Positions 19,638 to 28,814 of a stretch of DNA of 64,000 nt are shown piece by piece; positions within the stretch are counted from its first letter, which is position 1; each line of letters opens with the position of its first letter. The notes beneath the pieces were generated by a model, which was not told the DNA's origin, made no database searches, and worked only from the letters and a program-made list of their open reading frames with translations. The DNA is taken from contig CAWIDS010000001.1 in NCBI GenBank assembly GCA_963834935.1, forward strand, positions 139,524 to 203,523. Direction: 5' to 3'. The DNA is from Candidatus Nomurabacteria bacterium. Its GTDB lineage: Bacteria; Patescibacteriota; Minisyncoccia; Phycocordibacterales; CALRBL01. The position numbers were made by a program, and so were the translations under genes.

Positions 19638-20453
19638 ATGAAGACCGCCGCATTCTTATCCACAGTCATAGGATTTTACGAGGAGAACAAAAGGGATTTT
19701 GCCTGGAGAAAGACCAGGAATCCCTATAGGATTCTGGTGTCTGAAGTGATGCTCCAGCAGACCCAAGTCGAGAGGGTCAAAGGCTTCTATTCCGCGTTCC
19801 TTAAGCGATTCCCGACCGTCAAAGCCCTTGATGATGCACCTTTGGTGCAAGTCCTATCAGCATGGAAGGGTCTGGGCTACAATCGGCGCGCTGCTAACAT
19901 GAAGAAGCTTGCCGGAGTGATAGCTGCCGATTTTAAGGGAATATTTCCAAAAAATTACCAGATGCTGCTCGCACTCCCAGGAATCGGACCCTCGACCGCC
20001 GGTGCGCTAATGAATTTCTCTTATGGCATTCCCACCCCTTTCATCGAGACAAACATACGAAGCGTCTATCTCCGCTCCTTCTTTAAAGGAAAAAACGGCG
20101 TCAATGACAAGGAAATACTAGTGCTCATTGAAAAGCATTTGAAAATAAAAAAGAAGCTTGATTGCCGGGAATGGTTTTACGCCCTGTACGATTATGGAGC
20201 CATGCTGAAAAAGACTTCCGGCAACGAGAACAGGAGAAGCGTCCATTACAAGAAACAAAGCACATTTAAGGGATCCAATCGCGAGCTGCGCTCTCTTATG
20301 CTTTCATACCTGCTCAAGCACAAAAATGCAGCCATCGCCAAGATGACGAGTGCCCTGAAGAAAGAAGAGTTAGCAATACTGAAGAACATCATCGCCTTCG
20401 AAAAGGAAGGACTCATTACCCGCAAAGGCTCCCATGTTACCATAAGCAAATGA
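19638..20453 (+). CDS. HhH-GPD base-excision glycosylase, MutY-like N-terminal domain without an Fe-S cluster, plus a C-terminal wHTH-like extension
   Basis: VSEVMLQQTQVERV matches the MutY catalytic Glu region. A GIGPSTAGA HhH is present. There is only one Cys, so no C-X6-C-X2-C-X5-C. IETNIRSV stands where MutY/Nth have the catalytic Asp. TATAAT lies at 19620-19625 just upstream. Confidence 0.7.
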   Translation: MKTAAFLSTVIGFYEENKRDFAWRKTRNPYRILVSEVMLQQTQVERVKGFYSAFLKRFPTVKALDDAPLVQVLSAWKGLGYNRRAANMKKLAGVIAADFKGIFPKNYQMLLALPGIGPSTAGALMNFSYGIPTPFIETNIRSVYLRSFFKGKNGVNDKEILVLIEKHLKIKKKLDCREWFYALYDYGAMLKKTSGNENRRSVHYKKQSTFKGSNRELRSLMLSYLLKHKNAAIAKMTSALKKEELAILKNIIAFEKEGLITRKGSHVTISK

Positions 20454-22591
20454 ATCCCTCAGACCTGATATCAAAACATTTTCCCCTCAACGAATATGAA
20501 AAAAACGGCTTGAAGAAGCTCGGCCTTTCCACGATCGCCGATATCCTCTACTATTTCCCCGCCCGCTACGGCGATTCGGCTGAAGCAAAGCGCATCGGCG
20601 ACCTTGCCGAGGGCGAGACCACAAGCGTCTTCGGAAAGATAAAAAACTTGAAGACGAGCAATGCTTTCATAAAGAAAATACCGATGTCCGAAGGTATCAT
20701 CGAAGACGAAACTGGAAGCATCAAAGCAATCTGGTTCCACCAGCCATACATCGCAAAGATGATTAAGGAGGATAGCCTTGTCAGGATCGAAGGAAAAGTT
20801 TCCCTTCGCAAAGGATCTCTTTACATGAGCAATCCGAAGATCGAGAAAGTAGCATCCATCCCGCTCAATATCGGCAGTTCCCTTTTTGGCGATGACGGAG
20901 CAAGCCATACCCTCTATCCCGTTTATTCGGAAACAAAAGGCGTCACTTCGAACTGGCTCTACCACGCATTCCTGAAGATTGCCCGCCGCGGCACCATTGA
21001 AAAGATGAAAGAAATGGTTCCCGAGGATATCCTCAGGAAATACAGCCTGCCGACGCTCCAGACCGCGCTCATCTGGATACATACCCCGCATGACAAGGAG
21101 GATGCCCTTTCCGCCCGCAAACGTTTCGCTTTCGAGGAGATATTCCTGATCCAGCTCAAGAAGCAGCAGGAACGCATGGAGAGGCAGAAGGAAAAGACAG
21201 CAATCATTAGCGGCAAGGAAAAAAAGGTCAAGGAATTCCTTACTCAGTTCCCTTTTAAGCCGACAGCATCTCAAAATAATGCCATCAGCGGCATCCTTTC
21301 GGATTTCAAGGCAGGCACAGCAATGTCGCGATTGCTCGAAGGAGATGTCGGTTCGGGAAAAACGCTTGTCGCTGCAGCCACAGCCTTCGCTGCCTATCCG
21401 GAATTCCAGGTTGCCTATATGGCGCCGACTGAAATCCTGGCCCGCCAGCATTTCGAATCTTTCATATCGTATTTCGGGCATCTTCCCATCAAGATCGCGC
21501 TCATCACCGGAAATGGCTGCCTGAAATTCCCTTCCAAAGTCGATCCTGAAGGGCACACTCCTATTTCCCGCAGCCAGCTTCTTAAATGGGTGAAGAACGG
21601 CGAGATATCGATCGTCATCGGCACGCATGCCCTCATTCAGAAATCGGTAACCTTCAAGAGCCTCTCTTATGTCATCATCGACGAGCAGCATCGCTTCGGC
21701 ACCAACCAGCGCAAGGCGCTCGTGCATAAGAATGACAGTGAGATATCATCAATACTGCCGCACTTGCTATCGATGACTGCAACGCCGATTCCCCGAACGC
21801 TCGCACTCACGATGTACGGGGACCTCGACCTCACGCTCCTCGATGAGATGCCAGCCGGGCGGAAGCCGGTCATCACCGAGATAATATTCCCGCAAAAAAG
21901 AAAGGAGATGTACGAGAAAGTGCGTGCTGAGCTTAAAGAAGGAAGGCAAGCATACGTCATCTGCCCGCGCATCAATGCACCCGACCCTGACAAGGAAAAA
22001 TCCTTGAATGCCCGATCTGTAAAAGAAGAAGCCGAAATGCTCAAGAAGACCGTCTTCAAGGAATACGATATAGAAATAATGCACAGCAAGATGAAGCCGG
22101 CCGAAAAGGAAAAGGTGATGAAGGATTTTTACGAAGGCAAGATAGACATTCTCGTCTCCACGTCGGTAGTGGAAGTCGGAGTGAACGTGCCGAATGCCAC
22201 TGTCATCATGATAGAGGGAGCTGAGCGCTTCGGCCTGTCGCAGCTCCATCAGCTTCGCGGGCGCGTCATCCGCGGCAATCATCAGGCATACTGTTATATC
22301 CTCACCGATAGTAGCAGCGCCAAAAGCGCCGAGCGGCTCAAAGCCCTAACCAAAGCAAAGAACGGCTTCGAACTGGCCGAGCTTGATCTGGCTCTTCGTG
22401 GTGCTGGCGAGCTCTATGGCCGGAAGCAATGGGGCATTTCAGACATCGCCATGGATGCGCTCAAGAACATCAAGATGGTGGAGTTTGCAAGAAACGAAGC
22501 AAAGGATATCATCAATGATGACCCTTCGCTTTCAAGATACCCGGATTTGCTGAAAATCCTCGAGAAAAGGAAGGATATCCATATGGAATGA
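20450..22591 (+). CDS. recG: ATP-dependent DNA helicase RecG
   Basis: 713 aa. It has a wedge domain and the helicase motifs DVGSGKT, DEQHRFG and QLHQLRGRVIRG. The start overlaps the previous stop (ATGA). Confidence 0.92.
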   Translation: MNPSDLISKHFPLNEYEKNGLKKLGLSTIADILYYFPARYGDSAEAKRIGDLAEGETTSVFGKIKNLKTSNAFIKKIPMSEGIIEDETGSIKAIWFHQPYIAKMIKEDSLVRIEGKVSLRKGSLYMSNPKIEKVASIPLNIGSSLFGDDGASHTLYPVYSETKGVTSNWLYHAFLKIARRGTIEKMKEMVPEDILRKYSLPTLQTALIWIHTPHDKEDALSARKRFAFEEIFLIQLKKQQERMERQKEKTAIISGKEKKVKEFLTQFPFKPTASQNNAISGILSDFKAGTAMSRLLEGDVGSGKTLVAAATAFAAYPEFQVAYMAPTEILARQHFESFISYFGHLPIKIALITGNGCLKFPSKVDPEGHTPISRSQLLKWVKNGEISIVIGTHALIQKSVTFKSLSYVIIDEQHRFGTNQRKALVHKNDSEISSILPHLLSMTATPIPRTLALTMYGDLDLTLLDEMPAGRKPVITEIIFPQKRKEMYEKVRAELKEGRQAYVICPRINAPDPDKEKSLNARSVKEEAEMLKKTVFKEYDIEIMHSKMKPAEKEKVMKDFYEGKIDILVSTSVVEVGVNVPNATVIMIEGAERFGLSQLHQLRGRVIRGNHQAYCYILTDSSSAKSAERLKALTKAKNGFELAELDLALRGAGELYGRKQWGISDIAMDALKNIKMVEFARNEAKDIINDDPSLSRYPDLLKILEKRKDIHME

Positions 22592-22598
22592 CTGCCTC

Positions 22599-23420
22599 AT
22601 GAAAAAAATTCTCAAGATAATCTATCAGATAGCGCTCCATGTTTTCGCCCTTATCGGGCTTGCTCTTTCACTTGTCTATCTAGCTGTCACCTTCGGCCTG
22701 ACCAATACGAAAGGCATCGTCGACCTCCAGCGCAATTATTTCCAGAATCCCCAAGGCCCGTCAAATGACGAGACGGGGCTCGATTGGAATCAGGATGCCG
22801 AATGGCAGACTTTCAAGGCAGGCATCACCAAAGATGCTCCTGTGGTGGACCAGGCGGCGCAGATGTCTGGAGCGAGTCCCCGCATGATAGTGGCGGTCGT
22901 TGCCGTAGAGCAATTGCGCTTCTATCATACCGACCGGGAAAGCTACAAGAAATATTTCGCTCCTCTCTCGATGCTCGGAGCTATGAGCCAGTATGCGTGG
23001 GGTCTGGCCGGAGTGAAGCCAGACACGGCAAAGGAAATAGAGAGCAACCTCGCTTCTACCACTTCGCCCTACTACCTCGGCGATTCCTATGCGCATCTGC
23101 TCGACTTCTCGACTTCAAACCATGACCAGGAACGTTTCGACCGCCTGACCGACCAGCACAATCATCTTTACTCTTATCTTTATGCTGGTCTCTATATCTC
23201 TCAAGTGATCCATCAATGGAAAGCGGCGGGTATAGACATCTCAAATAATCCGGGTGTCATTGCTACTCTCTTTAATGTCGGCTTCAGCCATTCATTGCCT
23301 CATGCCGATCCTCAAATCGGCGGGGCTGAAATCGACATCAATGGCAAAGCATATAGCTTCGGCGGCCTGGCTGCCGAATTCTATAATTCCAGCGAGCTTA
23401 CCGACGTCTTCCCTCAATAG
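22599..23420 (+). CDS. Membrane-anchored hypothetical protein (273 aa)
   Basis: An N-terminal TM and an extracytoplasmic domain. It directly follows recG. No family is recognised. Confidence 0.5.
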   Translation: MKKILKIIYQIALHVFALIGLALSLVYLAVTFGLTNTKGIVDLQRNYFQNPQGPSNDETGLDWNQDAEWQTFKAGITKDAPVVDQAAQMSGASPRMIVAVVAVEQLRFYHTDRESYKKYFAPLSMLGAMSQYAWGLAGVKPDTAKEIESNLASTTSPYYLGDSYAHLLDFSTSNHDQERFDRLTDQHNHLYSYLYAGLYISQVIHQWKAAGIDISNNPGVIATLFNVGFSHSLPHADPQIGGAEIDINGKAYSFGGLAAEFYNSSELTDVFPQ

Positions 23421-23500
23421 TTTTTAACCTTAAATAAGTGTGATATATTGGCGTTCATGCGGCCTGTAGCTGTCCTGGCTAATAAACAAAATTAAAATAT

Positions 23501-23577
23501 GCGCGTGTAGCTCAGTTGGTTAGAGCACAGAGCTTATACCTCTGCGGTCCTTGGTTCGAATCCAAGCACGCGCACCA
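23501..23577 (+). tRNA. tRNA-Ile with UAU anticodon (CCA encoded)
   Basis: GCGCGTG-TA-GCTC-AGTTGGTTA-GAGC-A-CAGAG-CTTATAC-CTCTG-CGGTC-CTTGG-TTCGAAT-CCAAG-CACGCGC-ACCA. The anticodon loop CTTATAC puts TAT at positions 34-36. Confidence 0.8.
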
Positions 23578-23579
23578 GA

Positions 23580-24203
23580 TTATTCCTTCGCCATCTCGAT
23601 GATCATGTTGTGAAGCCAGTTGGTGCTTGCGGGCAGGATGTTGAAAAGGATGGCGATGGCGAAAAGCGCAATTGAAAGATTCGTATTCCAAAGGCTGCAG
23701 ACTATCGCCAATATCGCGGCAAAGACCGGAAAGAGGATCCTGACATATCCGCTTATCTTGTCATCCTTCGAAACAGGATTTATCTCGACATGAGGATTTT
23801 CTTCGACATATCTGCGCATGAAGAAAAGGGTCATGCCGATGGCGATGACATTGCATCCGTAAAGAAAGATAGCCACCCTGCTCGCTGAATAGATTCCGAG
23901 AAGATGAGCCGAGAAAGGCACCAAAGTGATGAGCAGGAAAAAGAGGGCGTTGTAATTGGCCAAGCCGACAGTGATATTCTTCGCATACATGCTGACAATG
24001 AAATGATGCGCGCGCCAATAGGTGAAAAGCAGCGCGAAGCTCAGTACCAGGCTCGCGAATATTCCGCCCATATCGGCCAATGATTTCCACAGAGAAAGGT
24101 CGAAGGACCCGTCTGCGACCGGAACCTTAAGGTCGAAAGCAAGCAATGTCATGACGATGGCGAATATACCGTCTGCAAGGCCGTCAAGTCGCTGCTGTTT
24201 CAT
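23580..24203 (-). CDS. TMEM175/DUF1211-family putative K+ channel
   Basis: RLDGLADGIFAIVMTLLAFDLKVP matches the DUF1211 signature helix. 207 aa with 6 TM. Confidence 0.7.
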   Translation of the reverse strand: MKQQRLDGLADGIFAIVMTLLAFDLKVPVADGSFDLSLWKSLADMGGIFASLVLSFALLFTYWRAHHFIVSMYAKNITVGLANYNALFFLLITLVPFSAHLLGIYSASRVAIFLYGCNVIAIGMTLFFMRRYVEENPHVEINPVSKDDKISGYVRILFPVFAAILAIVCSLWNTNLSIALFAIAILFNILPASTNWLHNMIIEMAKE

Positions 24204-24243
24204 ATTCGGGAATTATATCATAAAGTTATGCTAAAATGGCCCG

Positions 24244-25608
24244 ATGAAACCACCGGAAATACGGATATTCAATACCAGATCGAAATCTGAAGAAACTTTC
24301 ATCCCTCTCGTCCCAGGAGAAGTGAAAATCTACCATTGCGGCCCGACTGTTTATAATTACCAGCACATCGGCAACATGAGGCGCTTCATCTTTGCCGACC
24401 TGATCCACAGGATGTTCAAGATGAACGGATACGCAGTCGACCAGATCATCAATATCACCGATGTGGGCCATCTGGTCTCGGATTCAGACGAAGGCGAAGA
24501 CAAGATCGAGAAGGGAGCCAAGCGCGAAGGAAAGACGGCGAAGGAAATAGCGGCATTCTACACAGCCGACTTCATGGATGATCTCAAGCTTCTGAACATC
24601 GAGACCTCCGATACCCGATTCCCGAAAGCTACTGAGAATATTCCCGAGCAGATCGAACTGATCAGCACGCTCGAGAAGAAAGGCTTTACCTACAGGATCT
24701 CTGACGGCATCTATTTCGATACGTCCAAGGATATTCATTATGCCGACTTCGCCCATCTGGATATCAAAGGAATGAAGGAAGGTGCACGGGTGGAAGCAAA
24801 TGCGGAAAAGAAAAACATCACGGACTTCGCCCTTTGGAAATTCTCACCTGCAGGAGAAAAGCGCGAGCAGGAATGGCAGTCGCCTTGGGGCATCGGCTTC
24901 CCCGGCTGGCATGTGGAATGTTCGGCGATGGCTTTGAAATTCCTAGGCGAGACTATCGACCTCCATACCGGCGGCATCGATCATATTCCCGTGCATCACA
25001 CCAACGAGATTGCCCAATCTGAATGCTCCACAGGAAAGACTTTCGCTCGCTACTGGATGCACAACGAATTCATCAATCTAGGAAAGGAAAAAATGGCGAA
25101 ATCAGGAGAAAGCTTCATCCGCCTCAAGGACCTTGTCGAGAAAGGCTACCGCCCGCTCGCCTTCCGCTATTTCGTCCTTCTCGCCCACTACCGCACCAAG
25201 ATTAATTTTTCTTTCGAAGGGCTTGACGCGGCGCAGACAGCTTGGACGCGTCTTCATGAATTCATTTCGAGGATAAGGGAAGGAGGAAAAGCTGACGGAC
25301 AATATATTTTTCAGGCAAAAGAAGCTTTCAATGAAGATCTGGATACTCCTCGGATGATCGCTCTGCTCTGGGAAATAATGAAAGATGCTGATCTGAACGA
25401 AGGAGATAAGAAAGCGACGATCCTGGAAATAGGAGATCTCATCGGCATCATCGACTGCGAATTCCAGTCACCTCGAGATATTCCGCTCCCTGACGATATC
25501 CGGAAGCTGGTTGACGAGCGAGACGCAGCCCGTGAGCGGAAAGATTGGAAAAAAGCCGATGAGATTCGCGACACCCTCAAAGGAAAAGGATACAGTTTCA
25601 ACGACTAG
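24244..25608 (+). CDS. cysS: Cysteine--tRNA ligase
   Basis: It has HCGPTVYNYQHIGN (HIGH) and KMAKSGESF (KMSKS) and is 454 aa. Confidence 0.93.
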   Translation: MKPPEIRIFNTRSKSEETFIPLVPGEVKIYHCGPTVYNYQHIGNMRRFIFADLIHRMFKMNGYAVDQIINITDVGHLVSDSDEGEDKIEKGAKREGKTAKEIAAFYTADFMDDLKLLNIETSDTRFPKATENIPEQIELISTLEKKGFTYRISDGIYFDTSKDIHYADFAHLDIKGMKEGARVEANAEKKNITDFALWKFSPAGEKREQEWQSPWGIGFPGWHVECSAMALKFLGETIDLHTGGIDHIPVHHTNEIAQSECSTGKTFARYWMHNEFINLGKEKMAKSGESFIRLKDLVEKGYRPLAFRYFVLLAHYRTKINFSFEGLDAAQTAWTRLHEFISRIREGGKADGQYIFQAKEAFNEDLDTPRMIALLWEIMKDADLNEGDKKATILEIGDLIGIIDCEFQSPRDIPLPDDIRKLVDERDAARERKDWKKADEIRDTLKGKGYSFND

Positions 25609-26381
25609 ATGCCGAGCTGATCGTACGTAGCAGTGATGATCGGAGTTCCCTCCTGGCGCGGGCCGATCTGGTATTGGTTGAAATAGATCTTCAGATCAAA
25701 ATCCTCAAGCATGATGTTGCTGAAATTGCTGACAGCAGGCATTGTCCCATCAATGAATGTGGAGTTTGCCGAAAGAGCCGGATCCTGGATGAGAAGCGCT
25801 TGCATCGAAATGCTCGACAACTCATCAAGAAGATCTTTTTGCGGAATTTTCACCAGACTAAAGATTGTGATCGGATTCCCCGACAAGAGGCTGTAAGTGA
25901 CGACAGAACGGGTAAGAGATGGATGAGCCATCGCATTGCTCGTGACAAATTCATCAGTCAAGATGCTGATGGTTGAGAATTTCGAAGAAATTGTGGTCGA
26001 AGAAGTAAGAGACACCTGATACTGACATTTCTGCTTGTCAGGCGTAACGCATGGGGGAAATTGCTTCAGATCATTGTATTCGGCCATTTTTGAAGATATT
26101 AATTTTTCAATTCTCTTATTGATGACAGCCGTAACCACAGGATTTCCTCCTGCTATGACGGGATAACTCACTGAAACGATGCTTTGAAGAGAAGTGGAAG
26201 TGGAAGTCTTATAATTGATGGTCAGCGAAGCAGCGGGAGAACTTGTTGCCAGGTTTTGAGGGTATTGTTCTTGATCAGGGCTGCTGGTTCTCCCATAAAA
26301 GAAAAGAAGGATCAGGATCAGCAAGATAAGAGCGATGATCAGGATCAATGGATATTTGGGCTTCAATTTTTTCATGCCCAC
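25605..26381 (-). CDS. Membrane-anchored hypothetical protein, possibly a DUF3298/DUF4163 (RsiV-like) fold
   Basis: 258 aa with an N-terminal TM. The family assignment rests only on weak motif resemblance. Confidence 0.4.
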   Translation of the reverse strand: MGMKKLKPKYPLILIIALILLILILLFFYGRTSSPDQEQYPQNLATSSPAASLTINYKTSTSTSLQSIVSVSYPVIAGGNPVVTAVINKRIEKLISSKMAEYNDLKQFPPCVTPDKQKCQYQVSLTSSTTISSKFSTISILTDEFVTSNAMAHPSLTRSVVTYSLLSGNPITIFSLVKIPQKDLLDELSSISMQALLIQDPALSANSTFIDGTMPAVSNFSNIMLEDFDLKIYFNQYQIGPRQEGTPIITATYDQLGI

Positions 26382-26405
26382 ATCTTACTCCAATAGGCTT
26401 GCTTT

Positions 26406-27686
26406 TCAAAAGCTTTTCCTGTTTTCAAGTACCCATTTTTCCGAAAACCACTCTGTTCGAAGCTCTCCTGCGAGGAAAAATGAGCCAGTTACGAGAATGC
26501 AATCCTTGTTTCCGGCATTTTTACGGGCTAGTAAGAGCGCATCATGAGGATTCATCACTACCTTCAATCGAGTTTTTCTTTTTTTGTATTTTTTCAGTTC
26601 TGGCAGCAAAGAATTCGGGTGGACCGAAGGTCTCTCGCCTCCCTTGAGCGAGGTGACGATAATAGTATCGGCAATTGTCGCAAGCGGCTTGAGGATAGCA
26701 GTATTGTCTTTTTTGGTATCTGAGATAGCGATGATAACTGCCAATTTTTCATAGGAAAGCTTTTTAATATTAGCCAGAGTGCTTCTTATTTTCGCCCTGT
26801 TATGCGCTCCGTCGAGGATTATAATCGGCTTCTCTTCTGCCATTTCAAACCGGCAGGGCAATTTCATCTTTTCAATTCCTTTTTTTATGTTCTCATCTGG
26901 AATGCCTATCGATTCGGCAATAGCACTGGCCAGCTTGCGGTTATAATCCTGATATCCCTTCTGCTTTCCGATCCGGTGAAAGGCAGCTCCTTGTTCCCCG
27001 CAAATTTTTTTGAAAAGCTTTTGAAGCGAAGGCTTTTGTTCCGAAGTAAAAAAAAGACTGCCTTTCTTGATGATCCCTGCTTTATCGAATGCGATTTTAG
27101 GAAGAGTCTTGCCGAGAATTTCCGTATGATCGTAATCGATAGAGGTGATTGCGGTCACCTTCGGTTTCTTAATGACGTTAGTGGCGTCATAGCGTCCTCC
27201 AAGCCCCACTTCAAGCACCACCCATTCGCATTTTCTTTTTTTAAAATAGATGAAAGCAATGGCCAAAAATATCTCAAAGGATGACGGCGCGCCGAATGCT
27301 GAGCTTTCGGCTTTCTTAATATAAGGCTTCAAGTGCGCTGTGATGCTGACAAAATCTTCAGGAGAAATATAAAGCTGTCCCTCCTTTATCTTTTCAATTG
27401 AAGCAGTGACATGCGGAGAAGTAAAAAGTCCCGCTTTCTTATTCGCCGAGACGAGGATGTCATGAACCATTGCCGACACACTCCCCTTCCCGGCAGTGCC
27501 GGTAATATGGATGAATTTTAATCCCGCTTCGGGGTTGCCAATCAGTTTCAAGAAGAAGCGGGTGCGCTCAAGAAAAAAAACAGGATCTCTTTTTCCGGAG
27601 CCATAGTTGTTTCGAAAAGAGGTATTGGAAAAACTCTCGACAAATGCTACTGCTTCTTTGTATTTTCGGTATCTTTCACGCAGCAT
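26406..27686 (-). CDS. folC: Folylpolyglutamate synthase / dihydrofolate synthase (Mur ligase family)
   Basis: It has HITGTAGKGS (P-loop) and DYDH. I set the start at MLRERYRKYKEA (27686), not the track's 27773. Confidence 0.8.
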   Translation of the reverse strand: MLRERYRKYKEAVAFVESFSNTSFRNNYGSGKRDPVFFLERTRFFLKLIGNPEAGLKFIHITGTAGKGSVSAMVHDILVSANKKAGLFTSPHVTASIEKIKEGQLYISPEDFVSITAHLKPYIKKAESSAFGAPSSFEIFLAIAFIYFKKRKCEWVVLEVGLGGRYDATNVIKKPKVTAITSIDYDHTEILGKTLPKIAFDKAGIIKKGSLFFTSEQKPSLQKLFKKICGEQGAAFHRIGKQKGYQDYNRKLASAIAESIGIPDENIKKGIEKMKLPCRFEMAEEKPIIILDGAHNRAKIRSTLANIKKLSYEKLAVIIAISDTKKDNTAILKPLATIADTIIVTSLKGGERPSVHPNSLLPELKKYKKRKTRLKVVMNPHDALLLARKNAGNKDCILVTGSFFLAGELRTEWFSEKWVLENRKSF

Positions 27687-27801
27687 TTGCTTACTTTTTT
27701 TTCTGACCCGCACGGACATAGTTCGTCTTTCCGGCAGCAATTGCCAGCAAGCTTGCCACTGCCGCAGGTACACTTTTGATCCAGCTTTTTCATGTCTAAT
27801 G

Positions 27802-28368
27802 TCATTTCCATAATGACTGGATTGTAATGGACTCCATGAATTCCGTCAAATGACTGCCCACAAGCACCGCATCAGCTCCATCTTCGATATCATCAACCTT
27901 TCTGATATTGCTTGCCTGGCATAGCCAGCCTTTGAATATCTTCCGTGCTTGACCGAAAGTCTCCTCCTTCAGTCCGCCTGTCGAGAGGTCGCGGCTGTTC
28001 CACACTGCCTTGATATCCGGAGACAGCCTGCTGAGCTCATCAAGCGTCAGCGGCTCGATCAGGCATTTATCCGAATGTACATTTGGAATCCTGCCGACGA
28101 CAAGGACGAGATTCGCACCGCATTCGACAGCTTTTGCTATTTCGCCGTCAGTCGCATGTATTCCTTTGGCCAATATCGGCTTTTCTGTCAGGCTTCGCGC
28201 TTTTATTAGCAAATCATATGAGCCTCCCCAGCGCGGGTCGGTGTGGATGGAGATGATATCTCCACATCTTGAAGCGGCCTCGAACAATTCATCCCAGCTT
28301 CTTTCCGACCGGTAGCCGAAGGGCGAGCTTGTCTTCACTTCGGCAATTATGAGAGGCTTTTTTTCCAT
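27802..28368 (-). CDS. Minimal indole-3-glycerol-phosphate-synthase-like (TrpC family) TIM-barrel protein, 188 aa
   Basis: It has IIAEVKTSSPFG (cf. IIAEVKKASPSKG), ISIHTDPRWGGS (cf. ISVLTDEKYFQGS), a PILAKG segment, a NSRDL phosphate-binding loop and a GSHLTE C-terminus. The order matches IGPS but it is about 60 aa shorter. Confidence 0.5.
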   Translation of the reverse strand: MEKKPLIIAEVKTSSPFGYRSERSWDELFEAASRCGDIISIHTDPRWGGSYDLLIKARSLTEKPILAKGIHATDGEIAKAVECGANLVLVVGRIPNVHSDKCLIEPLTLDELSRLSPDIKAVWNSRDLSTGGLKEETFGQARKIFKGWLCQASNIRKVDDIEDGADAVLVGSHLTEFMESITIQSLWK

Positions 28369-28384
28369 GGCTGAAGTATATATT

Positions 28385-28412
28385 AAAAAAGGCCGCCTGT
28401 TTAAGGCGGCCC
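28385..28412 (-). terminator. Rho-independent terminator after the 28426..28788 ORF
   Basis: On the minus strand, GGCCGCC-UUAAACA-GGCGGCC then UUUUUUA. Confidence 0.7.
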
Positions 28413-28425
28413 CGCGACGCAGAAA

Positions 28426-28788
28426 CTAATCCTCTTTCTTCTCGATGAGTACAACTTCAATCTCATCAGGATCAGTCATTATGATGAAATGCGTCCCGTT
28501 TGCGCGATGTATCTGCGCCCTCAGATTGAAGGCGAATTCGCGGATAGCTTTTATGCTTTCGCCGAGCGAATCGACCTCTATCATCAAGGCCTTCTTGGCC
28601 TGAGGGCAGCGTTCATAGACTAGATTGATAAGATGTTGCTCGATCGGCTCGCCTCCCGTTATGAAGTGGTTGCCTTCATGATCAGGCCTCGCATCGAAAT
28701 GAACTCCGAGCATCTTGTAAAAATGGAGGGCAGGAAGATTATTCACCGCCTTGGAAAGATCGCCACCGATACGTGTCATGGAAAACAC
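28426..28788 (-). CDS. Hypothetical 120-aa protein, possibly a radical-SAM (QueE/NrdG-like) C-terminal remnant that lacks the CxxxCxxC part
   Basis: FITGGEPIEQHL resembles the QueE GGEP(L/A)LQ segment. There is no Cys triad, and only 26 nt separate it from the upstream gene. Confidence 0.35.
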   Translation of the reverse strand: MFSMTRIGGDLSKAVNNLPALHFYKMLGVHFDARPDHEGNHFITGGEPIEQHLINLVYERCPQAKKALMIEVDSLGESIKAIREFAFNLRAQIHRANGTHFIIMTDPDEIEVVLIEKKED

Positions 28789-28814
28789 AATACCGCTTGG
28801 CGCCAGCTTGTCAA

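Noticed and set aside
20471-21727. 418-aa minus-strand ORF antisense to recG. The same applies to 13012..13959, a 315-aa plus-strand ORF antisense to pilM, and many 60-170-aa track ORFs antisense to confident genes.
   Set aside because: They lie entirely inside strongly supported genes on the opposite strand, have low-complexity Arg/Ser/Leu-rich junk composition and no recognisable motifs. They are shadow ORFs.
28426-28788. Calling this ORF queE.
   Set aside because: Only one short motif matches and the radical-SAM Cys triad is absent. It is kept as a hypothetical or remnant, with the similarity noted in the findings.
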